Virus record (IMG/VR): IMGVR_UViG_3300031521_000016
Coordinates: 99,895-140,106 of that record
DNA: 40,212 nucleotides
Origin: a virus
Taxonomy: Duplodnaviria; Heunggongvirae; Uroviricota; Caudoviricetes
Reading direction: 5' to 3' (one strand)
Shown: piece after piece, positions 27,811 through 36,045 of the stretch
Layout of the letters: each line of letters opens with the position of its first letter
Position numbering within the stretch: position 1 is the first letter of the stretch
Notes under the pieces: generated by a model
Databases searched by the model: none
What the model saw: only the letters and a program-made list of their open reading frames with translations
What the model was told of the DNA's origin: nothing
Translations under genes and position numbers: made by a program

Positions 27811-28053
27811 TTACGAATTGCGTATCATGTCAACGAATACTGTGTATCTATTTGTTTCTTCTCCTTCTTTACCGTCTGGTGATTTAAATGAATATTTGAC
27901 TAATACATCTGGTGTAATTGCATTTGCATCAATGTAGATATCCTTAACAGATAATTTGCTGCCTTTTTTCGAAACATACATTTTGCCTGATTCTATTAAT
28001 CCAAATCCCTCTGTTTCATAGAGCTTGCCTATGTTATTTGCGTAAGTTTTCAT
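27811..28053 (-). CDS. hypothetical protein
   Basis: 80-aa ORF, MKTY...KLYE start. Confidence 0.65.
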   Translation of the reverse strand: MKTYANNIGKLYETEGFGLIESGKMYVSKKGSKLSVKDIYIDANAITPDVLVKYSFKSPDGKEGEETNRYTVFVDMIRNS

Positions 28054-28068
28054 TCGTATTTTTATTTT

Positions 28069-28902
28069 TTATTCTTCGTCTTCGTCTTGAAGCATTTGAG
28101 CTGCCATAAAGATGTCTTTTAATAGATCGATGTCTTTTATGTCTCTTCTTTTTGCATATTCTTCACATTCTTGGTATGAATCTGGTAATTCAGCACCATA
28201 GAAATCGAACATGTCTTGTGCCATATCGTCTATATCATCTTTTGATTCAAAAAGATTATCTACGATAAAGTAATCTAAACTTTCATTTTGTTTAGAGCCT
28301 GATGCAAGTTCAGTATTTTTCTTTAACCAGTTAAGTGCTCTACCTGCACTATATTTTAGAATCTTTATGAATTTTTCTGCCATTTCATCGATAGTAAAAT
28401 CAGTATCAGCTTTCAGTTTATAACCATAATCATTGTCATTAACTTTGATGAAATACTGATCGTTTTTAACCCCGACTGGTACTACTTTAAATTCTTTTAC
28501 AGATTCTGATTCATTAAGCAGTTTCAATATCTTTTCAAGCTCTATCTTTTTACCGAATAGTCTTGAAATCTTACCTACTATTGCCCATTCACCTTCAATG
28601 TTTTCAATTTTATATGACTCGGTAAGTGAAGGAGAACTTTTAGCTTTCCATGCTGAATCTAATTGTTTTTTAGCATCAGTTACTTTAGTGCTATCTACAT
28701 TTAGTCTTTTAAACCATTTATCTTCACCGTACTTTTTATCTAAGAGAGCTGATACCTGATCATCTGACATAGCAGATGTTATACCCAACTCAGCATCCTT
28801 TTTTATATCTATCCTGTACTGATCTCCAGTACTAGGAATGAGGATTACATTAACAAATTCTGCTTCATTAATGTAATCCTCATATAACTTCACATATCCC
28901 AT
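28069..28902 (-). CDS. putative head-internal protein (CTS-like N-terminus, several x-x-E-S sites)
   Basis: MGYVKLYEDYINE; internal LTES, LNES, QNES, LFES. Confidence 0.75.
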   Translation of the reverse strand: MGYVKLYEDYINEAEFVNVILIPSTGDQYRIDIKKDAELGITSAMSDDQVSALLDKKYGEDKWFKRLNVDSTKVTDAKKQLDSAWKAKSSPSLTESYKIENIEGEWAIVGKISRLFGKKIELEKILKLLNESESVKEFKVVPVGVKNDQYFIKVNDNDYGYKLKADTDFTIDEMAEKFIKILKYSAGRALNWLKKNTELASGSKQNESLDYFIVDNLFESKDDIDDMAQDMFDFYGAELPDSYQECEEYAKRRDIKDIDLLKDIFMAAQMLQDEDEE

Positions 28903-28921
28903 TGATATAATTTATTTTGAA

Positions 28922-28929
28922 TATATATC
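28922..28929 (-). promoter_or_regulatory. GATATATA putative late-promoter box
   Basis: 19 nt upstream of 28902 start, heading the CTS-protein operon. Confidence 0.6.
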
Positions 28930-28947
28930 TTGCTGTGCAAATTGTTG

Positions 28948-29451
28948 CTAAAGAAGAATAACTGTTGTATCTACTCCTTTTTCGACTAGTTCATCTTTTA
29001 TAATTTGTTCGATGATATCCCAATTTCCACCTGCTAGGCCTGCTCCTATTTTTGGTAGTTGTACACTGTAATTTTCATACAATGCTTCTTGACAGATAGT
29101 TTGCATTCCTTTTCGAATTGCATCATATCTAATTGGAGCATTTCCAAATTCATCAAAGCCAATGCTTCTTTGACCCAGAATATTTACTATATACCCTTCA
29201 TCGATTTTTACGAATTGAGCTTCTCCAAGTTTCCATTCTACAGGTAAATCTCTATCGTCTACATAAGATATTCCTAGAAAAGAGGTATTGTACCATCTTC
29301 TATATTCTTCTCTTGATTGTGGATATCTATTTGCAAGTGGAATAACGAAACCAGCTCCCCAACCTCCAATATCGTTGCAACAATGAGTAATAATTACTCT
29401 TTCAGAAAGAGGTAATGTTGCATCACCTGTAATGTATTTAAGTTGATTCAT
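28948..29451 (-). CDS. macrodomain protein (Poa1p/TARG1/DarG-like ADP-ribose hydrolase)
   Basis: IITHCCNDIGGWGAGF, NILGQ, LPKIGAGLAGGNW. Confidence 0.88.
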   Translation of the reverse strand: MNQLKYITGDATLPLSERVIITHCCNDIGGWGAGFVIPLANRYPQSREEYRRWYNTSFLGISYVDDRDLPVEWKLGEAQFVKIDEGYIVNILGQRSIGFDEFGNAPIRYDAIRKGMQTICQEALYENYSVQLPKIGAGLAGGNWDIIEQIIKDELVEKGVDTTVILL

Positions 29452-29497
29452 ATAGAATGTGTTTATTTTAAAATAACAAATCTTTATTCTGAATAAA

Positions 29498-29761
29498 CTA
29501 TTCTACCAATTTCTTTTTATACACATCAAATCTATCTATATGTCGTGGAAGCTCGCTAGTCAATAGTTTGAATAAACTGTATACTCCTGCTTCGTATGGT
29601 TCAAGATACGTTTTGCCTAAATTTTTGTAATAGACTTCCAAAAATTGTTTTGTACCGTAACATGGTATGGCACAGAGTGCTCTTGCTTCATCTTCCGATA
29701 AAGTAAGAGTCACTGTTAATTTCAATTCAGATGTTGATTTTATGCTTGAAGTTTCCATCAT
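29498..29761 (-). CDS. hypothetical protein
   Basis: 87-aa ORF coupled to polB N-terminal gene. Confidence 0.65.
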   Translation of the reverse strand: MMETSSIKSTSELKLTVTLTLSEDEARALCAIPCYGTKQFLEVYYKNLGKTYLEPYEAGVYSLFKLLTSELPRHIDRFDVYKKKLVE

Positions 29762-31140
29762 TTTTCCTTTAGTAATTGTTTTAGTTGATCAACTTCTTTT
29801 TCTATAGCAAATCCACATTTTTTAGCTTCTTTACGTAATCCATAAAAGTTAGCAAGCATGGCTCTCATTAATGAATCTTTAGAATTATCGAATACTGCAC
29901 CTGAAGCAGTTTTGATCCAATTTTTGTCTTCTGGAATATCTATTCCTTTTCCCATAAATGATTCTGGAGATATATTCCATTGTCTCATAGTAGAAGGATA
30001 TAGTGATGCAAAGTCAAAAGTAGCTAAATATTGAAATAGTCCTTTTTTAGGGTCTTTTACATATGCACCTTCAAATGATTGATCTTTCGATCCTTTTTTC
30101 ACTTCTGCTATAACTCTTTTTCGTTTGTAGAACTCTCTAATCATGATAGCTTCTGTCATCCAAATCGGTGAGAATGCTTTTTGAGATTCTACTTGTGTAA
30201 CATTTCCTAACATTAAGAAAGTTTGAAGAGTCTTAATTTTTCTGTCAATTTGATACACCAAGTAAGTATCGACAGCATTGTAAAACATGTAAGTTTCTGG
30301 ATCGTTATGATACAAATCCATAAGTGATCCGTTATATTGAATTTTCTGAATACCCAATACTGCTTTACCTACGGTGTCAAGTTTAAAGTTATCTTTAATC
30401 TTTACTACTCTATCCCATTTCTTATACAAGTCCAAATAATCGACAACGATTTTATGCTGTGGTAATTGATCGTCGCCTTTCATTGTTCTACTTGGTGAAC
30501 ATGTAGAAGGATCAATATTCAATCTTTTACATCTGTTAATCAAGAACTTCCAGTCAAAGTTTATAAAGTTCCATCCTGTAATAAGTGGGGCTTCTCTGAA
30601 CCATTTACCGAATAATGTTATCAGTAATTCAGACTCTGATTTGAAATGAATATATTGAATTGATGCATTTGGATCGTAATCTTTTAAATGTTCTCTATAT
30701 CGTCTTTCGATATTCTGTTGTTGCTGAATAGTTAACTCTTTTGTTCCAAGTACAGTAGTGGCACCTCTTGAATTTACTAATGCTACTGCGGTAACTTTAG
30801 TAGCTGCTATAGCAGGATCGGGAAAATCATCTTCAACTTCAACCTCGATATCACAAAACCATGATTCAGGAGCATTAAATTCGTATATTTCTTTCAGATA
30901 TTCTGGACCTAAAGCAGTCATAAATTCTTCAATTCTGAATCTATTTAGCCAGTTAGCTCTAGTTTTCTTTACGGGCTTACCATCCCATGTATGATAGTAA
31001 GGATCTGCTCTTTCGGAACCTGCTAGTTCCCATTTGTACTTTTCAGTTCGTGGAATAGCAATATCTTTAAATGCTACTTTACCGTCTTTACCGAAATGTG
31101 ATACTCTTAATGTATCATTTATTTGTTCTATATCGATCAT
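29758..31140 (-). CDS. polB: family B DNA polymerase, N-terminal subunit (3'-5' exonuclease plus motif A; gp43A-like)
   Basis: ExoI CDIEV, ExoII GWNFINFDW, ExoIII YNAVD, motif A DFASLYPS; ends in first fingers helix. Confidence 0.93.
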   Translation of the reverse strand: MIDIEQINDTLRVSHFGKDGKVAFKDIAIPRTEKYKWELAGSERADPYYHTWDGKPVKKTRANWLNRFRIEEFMTALGPEYLKEIYEFNAPESWFCDIEVEVEDDFPDPAIAATKVTAVALVNSRGATTVLGTKELTIQQQQNIERRYREHLKDYDPNASIQYIHFKSESELLITLFGKWFREAPLITGWNFINFDWKFLINRCKRLNIDPSTCSPSRTMKGDDQLPQHKIVVDYLDLYKKWDRVVKIKDNFKLDTVGKAVLGIQKIQYNGSLMDLYHNDPETYMFYNAVDTYLVYQIDRKIKTLQTFLMLGNVTQVESQKAFSPIWMTEAIMIREFYKRKRVIAEVKKGSKDQSFEGAYVKDPKKGLFQYLATFDFASLYPSTMRQWNISPESFMGKGIDIPEDKNWIKTASGAVFDNSKDSLMRAMLANFYGLRKEAKKCGFAIEKEVDQLKQLLKEK

Positions 31141-31148
31141 CTTAAAAA

Positions 31149-31592
31149 TTATTTAGTACCTGTTGAACCGAAACCACCTGCTCCTCTTTCTGAAGATTGG
31201 CCTGCATATAATTCTGCGAGTGAAGTAGATTCTTCTATATCGTCATATGCAACATCTAATAAAAGGAATTGTACAATTTTATCTCCAGGTTCTATTGTTA
31301 TTGGCGAATCTGATAGATTTGTAAGATGTAAATGTACTTCACCTTCATAATCTTCATCTACTACACATGCACCTACTTGTAATTTCTTTTTAGTAGCAAC
31401 ACCAGATTTGTTGAATGCAACAAGTGCTTTACCAGTTGGAACATTTACATGTATTCCACTTGGAATATTTATGTCTTTGTGTGGAAATACTACTACAGGG
31501 ATGAAATCATTAGGCACAAAAAAATCTAATCCAGCGGATTGTTTAGTACCACGACGTGGTGTTTTTACGTCTTTTACTTTAAATATCTTCAT
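31149..31592 (-). CDS. dut: trimeric dUTPase
   Basis: SAGLDF, KSG, VVDEDYEGE, QFLL, RGAGGFGSTG. Confidence 0.95.
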   Translation of the reverse strand: MKIFKVKDVKTPRRGTKQSAGLDFFVPNDFIPVVVFPHKDINIPSGIHVNVPTGKALVAFNKSGVATKKKLQVGACVVDEDYEGEVHLHLTNLSDSPITIEPGDKIVQFLLLDVAYDDIEESTSLAELYAGQSSERGAGGFGSTGTK

Positions 31593-31608
31593 ATATTAAT
31601 CATTTTGC

Positions 31609-31636
31609 CTTTTTAGTAATTTTATTCAATATGTTC
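31609..31636 (-). promoter_or_regulatory. bipartite promoter-like motif GAACATATT-N11-CTAAAAAG
   Basis: Upstream of dut-polB(N) operon, right after a terminator. Confidence 0.55.
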
Positions 31637-31648
31637 TGAAAACACACA

Positions 31649-31675
31649 AAAGGGACACTGGATTAGTGTCCCTTT
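31649..31675 (-). terminator. intrinsic terminator
   Basis: AAAGGGACACT/AGTGTCCCTTT stem with T-run on minus strand. Confidence 0.8.
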
Positions 31676-31726
31676 CTTGAAAAAGCCCTCTAAGTGTGCA
31701 TCAAAATGAGAGGCATAGAAAGCGTT

Positions 31727-32212
31727 TTATGATTTTTTGAATACCAATTTAGCTTTTGTAGATAAACCTGTCAAAAGTTTTGCCAATTCTTTACCTGGCT
31801 CACCAAGTTCTCCATCTTCTAATTTAAGAAGAATTCCTTTTAGTATTAAGTAAGATACTCCACCTATTACAGCACCTGCTGCGGTAGCGGTTAATGCAAC
31901 CAGCGAATTTGTCAATAGACTAGTTAGAGCAGCTACATCTTCATTAGCTTCTACTTCTACTTGTTCACCTTTACTTGCTAATTCTTTAATCCAAGAAGCA
32001 AATTTCTTACCTTTATCTCCAAGTTTTCCTGCTTCAAGTTGTTTGAATGCTTCATTAGCAGACTTTGCAGCAGCAATTGATATACCAGCAGCAGCTGTAC
32101 CAGTAACAATACTCTTAATAATTGGAACAACTTTGTCAACTAACGCGCTTTCATTAAGTGCTTCGTTATTAAGATTTTCATTTACGAAATCATCGTATCT
32201 TTTAATTTTCAT
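31727..32212 (-). CDS. putative head-internal protein with two Ala/Gly-rich hydrophobic repeats
   Basis: MKIKRYDDFVNE; repeats end LEAGKLGDKGKKFA and LEDGELGEPGKELA. Confidence 0.75.
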   Translation of the reverse strand: MKIKRYDDFVNENLNNEALNESALVDKVVPIIKSIVTGTAAAGISIAAAKSANEAFKQLEAGKLGDKGKKFASWIKELASKGEQVEVEANEDVAALTSLLTNSLVALTATAAGAVIGGVSYLILKGILLKLEDGELGEPGKELAKLLTGLSTKAKLVFKKS

Positions 32213-32240
32213 TTTTTGTAACTTTTATTTTGTTATTTCA

Positions 32241-32404
32241 GAACTTTTGCCGACGATGAATACAATAATTATCGGATCATTTAGTGGTAAAGTATGCTAT
32301 TTAAGACTTAGATAATAAACCCAATCTCGTAAATTGGGTACGCATCTTAAGGCAATGCGATTGAGAGAACAAGTCTCATGCCACGTCCTTTACTCTTTGA
32401 GTAA
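32241..32404 (-). ncRNA. candidate structured intergenic RNA
   Basis: Four adjacent hairpins (TTACTC/GAGTAA, TGAGA/TCTCA, CGCAT/ATGCG, ACCCAAT/ATTGGGT) plus possible long-range closing stem in a 200-nt gap. Confidence 0.45.
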
Positions 32405-32415
32405 TGACAATTAAA

Positions 32416-32652
32416 TCAGAGCTCTACGAATTCTATTGGAACTTTAATTTCCCAAGCAGTAGTTTCGTATGTCTTATATGTTTTACTCCAATCTTTCAGA
32501 TTGATTACACGTTGTACTGCTACTACATAAAGCGGTGTTACGCTAAATGTAATTGTTCCACCTCTTACATTGACAACTTTTCTGTTTATCAAAGTCAAAT
32601 CTTCTTCAAGAAATGGAAAATGTTCTTTTGTTATCGTTGCTCTCAGTTTCAT
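32416..32652 (-). CDS. hypothetical protein
   Basis: 78-aa beta-rich ORF. Confidence 0.6.
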   Translation of the reverse strand: MKLRATITKEHFPFLEEDLTLINRKVVNVRGGTITFSVTPLYVVAVQRVINLKDWSKTYKTYETTAWEIKVPIEFVEL

Positions 32653-33131
32653 TATGATATAGGTGCTATGCCTGATCCTTCTTTACTAGCTTTACCAGTT
32701 AAGTTTTGACCGTGGCCGTTTTGTGTGTTATTATCGTGAGTTTTGTAATTGATAAGTTTCAAGAATCCTTCAAAGTCATAAATTCTACGTTCATGTTTTG
32801 CTTTCTTCTCAAGTGGCAACTTAAATGTAGAAGGTGTGAATCTAGGATATTTCTTTTCAGCCTTTTCGATACCTGGAGTTCCTCCTTGATAATCGTCTGG
32901 AGTTAATCCTTCATTCATCGATTCCAGAAATTTTTCAGCGGCAAATTCAATAGCTTCTGTTACTTCTTCTGGTAGTCCTTCATGTTTTGTTCCAGCCATT
33001 CTTTCTAATTCTTCTTCTGACATTGAATCAGCTAAAGCTTTTATTCCTTTTGGACAATCTTTGGATTCTCCTCTTTTACATGCTAGTGCCCATCCGAAAA
33101 GACGTTGTTGAGATTTTGATTTACTTGGCAT
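32652..33131 (-). CDS. DUF3008-domain protein with C-terminal extension
   Basis: MPSKSKSQQRLFGWALACKRGE...MSEEELERMAGTKHEGLPE. Confidence 0.8.
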   Translation of the reverse strand: MPSKSKSQQRLFGWALACKRGESKDCPKGIKALADSMSEEELERMAGTKHEGLPEEVTEAIEFAAEKFLESMNEGLTPDDYQGGTPGIEKAEKKYPRFTPSTFKLPLEKKAKHERRIYDFEGFLKLINYKTHDNNTQNGHGQNLTGKASKEGSGIAPIS

Positions 33132-33167
33132 CTTAGTTAATATTTTTATTTGTATGGTATCTCTCCA

Positions 33168-33704
33168 CTATAATTGTCGAATTATGAGTTCTTCATCTGC
33201 TATAACATCAAATTCTGGTCGAAGTATAGTGAGTAACATTCCGAGAATATTCTTCTTTAAATCTGGAAGTAAAGTCGTCTCATCAAATTTCATACCGGCA
33301 GACTTAAGTGCAACTCTAGTAATTTTCAAATCTTCTAGTGAAACAGCAAAGTCTGTACTTTCTTTATCATAATCATTAGGGTTATTATTATCAAACTCAG
33401 GTTGTCCCTTATATTTAACAATAAAATGCACTTCTAATTCATATTCTTGGTTATCGATTGCTACTTGTATGTAATAAGTACATTTCGATTCTTTTTCTTC
33501 TTCTTGAGTTTGCAAATTCAGGAAAACTGGCCATGAACGTTTTTCCTGCATAAAGACTATATTGTCCTGTTCTCTATCAGGCATTACAAATTTTGAATAG
33601 TTTCTGTTGATTTCACTAGCTACCATTGATACAGTAGATGAATCACTCATGATATTCTTTTCTGCTTCTGCTAAATAATCTTTATACGATAAAATTTTTC
33701 TCAC
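33168..33704 (-). CDS. putative head-internal protein (CTS-like N-terminus, GTG start)
   Basis: MRKILSYKDYLAE. Confidence 0.7.
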   Translation of the reverse strand: MRKILSYKDYLAEAEKNIMSDSSTVSMVASEINRNYSKFVMPDREQDNIVFMQEKRSWPVFLNLQTQEEEKESKCTYYIQVAIDNQEYELEVHFIVKYKGQPEFDNNNPNDYDKESTDFAVSLEDLKITRVALKSAGMKFDETTLLPDLKKNILGMLLTILRPEFDVIADEELIIRQL

Positions 33705-33725
33705 AATTATCTTTTAATTTCAAAC

Positions 33726-33733
33726 TATATATC
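33726..33733 (-). promoter_or_regulatory. GATATATA putative late-promoter box
   Basis: 21 nt upstream of 33704 start. Confidence 0.6.
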
Positions 33734-33741
33734 AACATGCA

Positions 33742-34170
33742 CTAAAATGTTGCTGAATGTAATACTTCTTGCATCATACTATCTTGTGCATTATATCCTT
33801 TTCTTGCAATAGTGAATTTCTGTAAAGCAGGTGTGACAATTGTTATTCTATCTGCTCTGAATAATCTCCATCCTGGTACTAATCTAGGGTTTATTTTCCC
33901 AGATCTACTGTATCCTCTGATCAGCCATGCTCTTACGAGTGTATTCCCATGTTTATCTACGCCTATAGCATAAGGTTCTATAACTCTTATACCGGGAAGT
34001 ATCTTAGAATTCGGTTCACCTCTATAATCAATTGTACATACAAATTTATTCGTTACTGCATCATTCAATTTTGTCATGTTTGATCCATAGTCTTCATTTA
34101 TTTGCATATCGTAAGAATTTGAATTTACGAACTCATTTATAAATTCATCATAGTCTGCTACATGTTTCAT
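33742..34170 (-). CDS. stand-alone WYL-domain protein with CTS-like N-terminus
   Basis: MKHVADYDEFINE; IDYRGE...RVIEPYAIG...LVRAWL...WRLFRADRI. Confidence 0.85.
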   Translation of the reverse strand: MKHVADYDEFINEFVNSNSYDMQINEDYGSNMTKLNDAVTNKFVCTIDYRGEPNSKILPGIRVIEPYAIGVDKHGNTLVRAWLIRGYSRSGKINPRLVPGWRLFRADRITIVTPALQKFTIARKGYNAQDSMMQEVLHSATF

Positions 34171-36023
34171 ATATTCTGATCTTTTAAATCTTTACGTAAT
34201 TTATAGTAGTAGTTATGTACTATAGGCGGACAAATTGACTTAAATGCATGATAGTCATCTCCTCTTAATGCTTTAAGTGGTATTTCTGTACCAAAATAAT
34301 CTTGTGCATCTACGTATTCAGGTTTCATTCCTGTTTGCATTACAAAGTCATTATAGTAGTTTTCTTCTCCGCAAAAGTGTGTAGGTAAACATTCTCTAGT
34401 CTTTAATGCCGAATCGATTTCTGAATAGTCAGGTCTTGTACATAAGATTAATCCTTCTAAATAGTCTTTGTTATTATTTAAGAAATCTGAAGATAGACTC
34501 TTATAAGTATCTAATGTTGTGAAAGGGTTACCTATCATTACAAGAAATGTCTTCTGATTAGTACGTTCTTTCATATCTCTTAATGCAGTTACTATCCCAT
34601 TATGATAAGGTGCAGTTTTCGAAACCATAACCGATACTGATTTTCCACCATTTGGTAATGAAGGAGAACTTAAATTTTTCAGTAGTGTAATAAAAGATAC
34701 CTCTTTCTCGACAGTTTTTTCTGCTGGAGTTTCTGCTACTGGAATATTTTCAAGAGGTTGAGTGCCTTGGAATCCATCTTCGTGAATACGTATCCCATAT
34801 TCTTCCCATCTGTCACTTTCACTTGACATGAAAATATCTCTGAAATCATTAAAAGCTAAAAGACTTTCAGATATTCCAATGTTGATATAATCAGCTATTT
34901 TATCAACTAACTTATTATGATACCAAATAAGCTCTTGTTTAAAGAATCCGAATGGTTTCTTTTTATGTGTTCGCATAGAAGCTAGCATTATCTTAAATAA
35001 ATCTCTATTCAAAGAGCTTTTTCTAAGTAACTCTACAGCTTCATTGTTTTTTACAAAATTGAAGTTTACACCAGCTTCTGCTCTAGTAAGGAATGCTGGC
35101 ATTTCAAAATCTATTTCTCCACTAAAATTATTCTTGTAATAAGAAGATTTGCAAAATGATACAAATGCACGAGAAATGAATTCGATATATCTATCTTCAA
35201 ATGTCTTCTGCTTTAAGTCTATTTTACTGAAATTTAAAGTCTGGAAAAATTCTTGGAACATTACAAGCGTTAAACTGTAAATATCAGAAGGTTTATCGTC
35301 TTTCTTATCTACCTTCTCATTTTGATACACTGGATTCATAATCTTCAAAGGATTTTCTCCATCAAATTTGAATACTAATGCTTCAATGTCTCTATCAAGG
35401 GTGTTTTGCATGAATGATTTTCCCATGCCTGGAACTAATACATTCAAGAAATATGCAGCGAAGTTTTCAATTTTAAATTTTTTCAGAATCTCATCTTGTG
35501 GAGTATTCAGATAGTCTAAAATTTTATCTAATTGTTCTTTGTTCAACTTTCCTTTGAATAAAATAGGAGAAGGTTCAACTTCTAAATAATCAGCCCATTT
35601 ATTCAACGTTTCTTTATCGGAAATTATATCGATTACTTTACCATTCGGATCTCTTACTGTGATATCTGTCAGAACTAAATTATTCTTTGGCATCCTTTCG
35701 TATGCTGTTCTGACAGGATTTAAGTTTGGGAAATATTCAAATCCAAATCTCCAACCAGACGGAATGCCGGCTAATTTCTCATCAGTAAAAGATGAGAAAT
35801 GAGAGATTGCTTTCTCATAATATCTTGCAAGTGTTCTATCTATTTTCGTAATAGGAGCAGAATCATTTCTTTTGAAAAATTTGAATTCATCGGCATCATT
35901 CAACTCTGCAGAAAAGCGTGAACCGTCAAGCTGTTCTTCACATGTTAAGTCTTTATCTAATAATTTTTCTACATATTTAGGATCTTTTTTATAAAGATCG
36001 TATAAATGATTTATACCTGCCAT
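34167..36023 (-). CDS. RNA ligase (Rnl2-like) nucleotidyltransferase domain fused to HIGH-type cytidylyltransferase-like domain, both degenerate
   Basis: EQLDGS (KxDG with K to Q), FKR, FGFEYF, LVLTDI, IEALVFKF, LKIMNP; C-terminal VMVSKTAPYHNGI in place of GRFQPFHxGH. Confidence 0.65.
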   Translation of the reverse strand: MAGINHLYDLYKKDPKYVEKLLDKDLTCEEQLDGSRFSAELNDADEFKFFKRNDSAPITKIDRTLARYYEKAISHFSSFTDEKLAGIPSGWRFGFEYFPNLNPVRTAYERMPKNNLVLTDITVRDPNGKVIDIISDKETLNKWADYLEVEPSPILFKGKLNKEQLDKILDYLNTPQDEILKKFKIENFAAYFLNVLVPGMGKSFMQNTLDRDIEALVFKFDGENPLKIMNPVYQNEKVDKKDDKPSDIYSLTLVMFQEFFQTLNFSKIDLKQKTFEDRYIEFISRAFVSFCKSSYYKNNFSGEIDFEMPAFLTRAEAGVNFNFVKNNEAVELLRKSSLNRDLFKIMLASMRTHKKKPFGFFKQELIWYHNKLVDKIADYINIGISESLLAFNDFRDIFMSSESDRWEEYGIRIHEDGFQGTQPLENIPVAETPAEKTVEKEVSFITLLKNLSSPSLPNGGKSVSVMVSKTAPYHNGIVTALRDMKERTNQKTFLVMIGNPFTTLDTYKSLSSDFLNNNKDYLEGLILCTRPDYSEIDSALKTRECLPTHFCGEENYYNDFVMQTGMKPEYVDAQDYFGTEIPLKALRGDDYHAFKSICPPIVHNYYYKLRKDLKDQNI

Positions 36024-36045
36024 TTTTTCTTATTTTATTATGATT

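Noticed and set aside
16945-31140. Split intein or trans-splicing joining the two polB halves
   Set aside because: No Cys/Ser-initiated intein N block or HN-C/S/T terminus at either junction; both ends look like fingers helices
31684-31712. GCCCTCT...GAGAGGC imperfect hairpin after the 31727 gene
   Set aside because: Long loop and imperfect stem; the adjacent 31649..31675 hairpin already explains termination
118-33372. Numerous plus-strand ORFs of 60-120 aa (e.g. 118..369, 1901..2257, 8784..9143, 12665..12991, 24266..24619, 32404..32709)
   Set aside because: They lie antisense to well-supported minus-strand genes and have the Phe/Ser/Ile-rich composition of shadow frames
5243-33744. Genome-wide TAG recoding suggested by the CUA tRNA-like element
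   Set aside because: Conserved genes are full length in code 11. TAG ends genes at 5243, 19339, 28948, 29498 and 33742; manual readthrough at 5243, 28948, 29498 and 33742 gave only short extensions and no in-frame fusion, and 19339 is followed directly by a terminator
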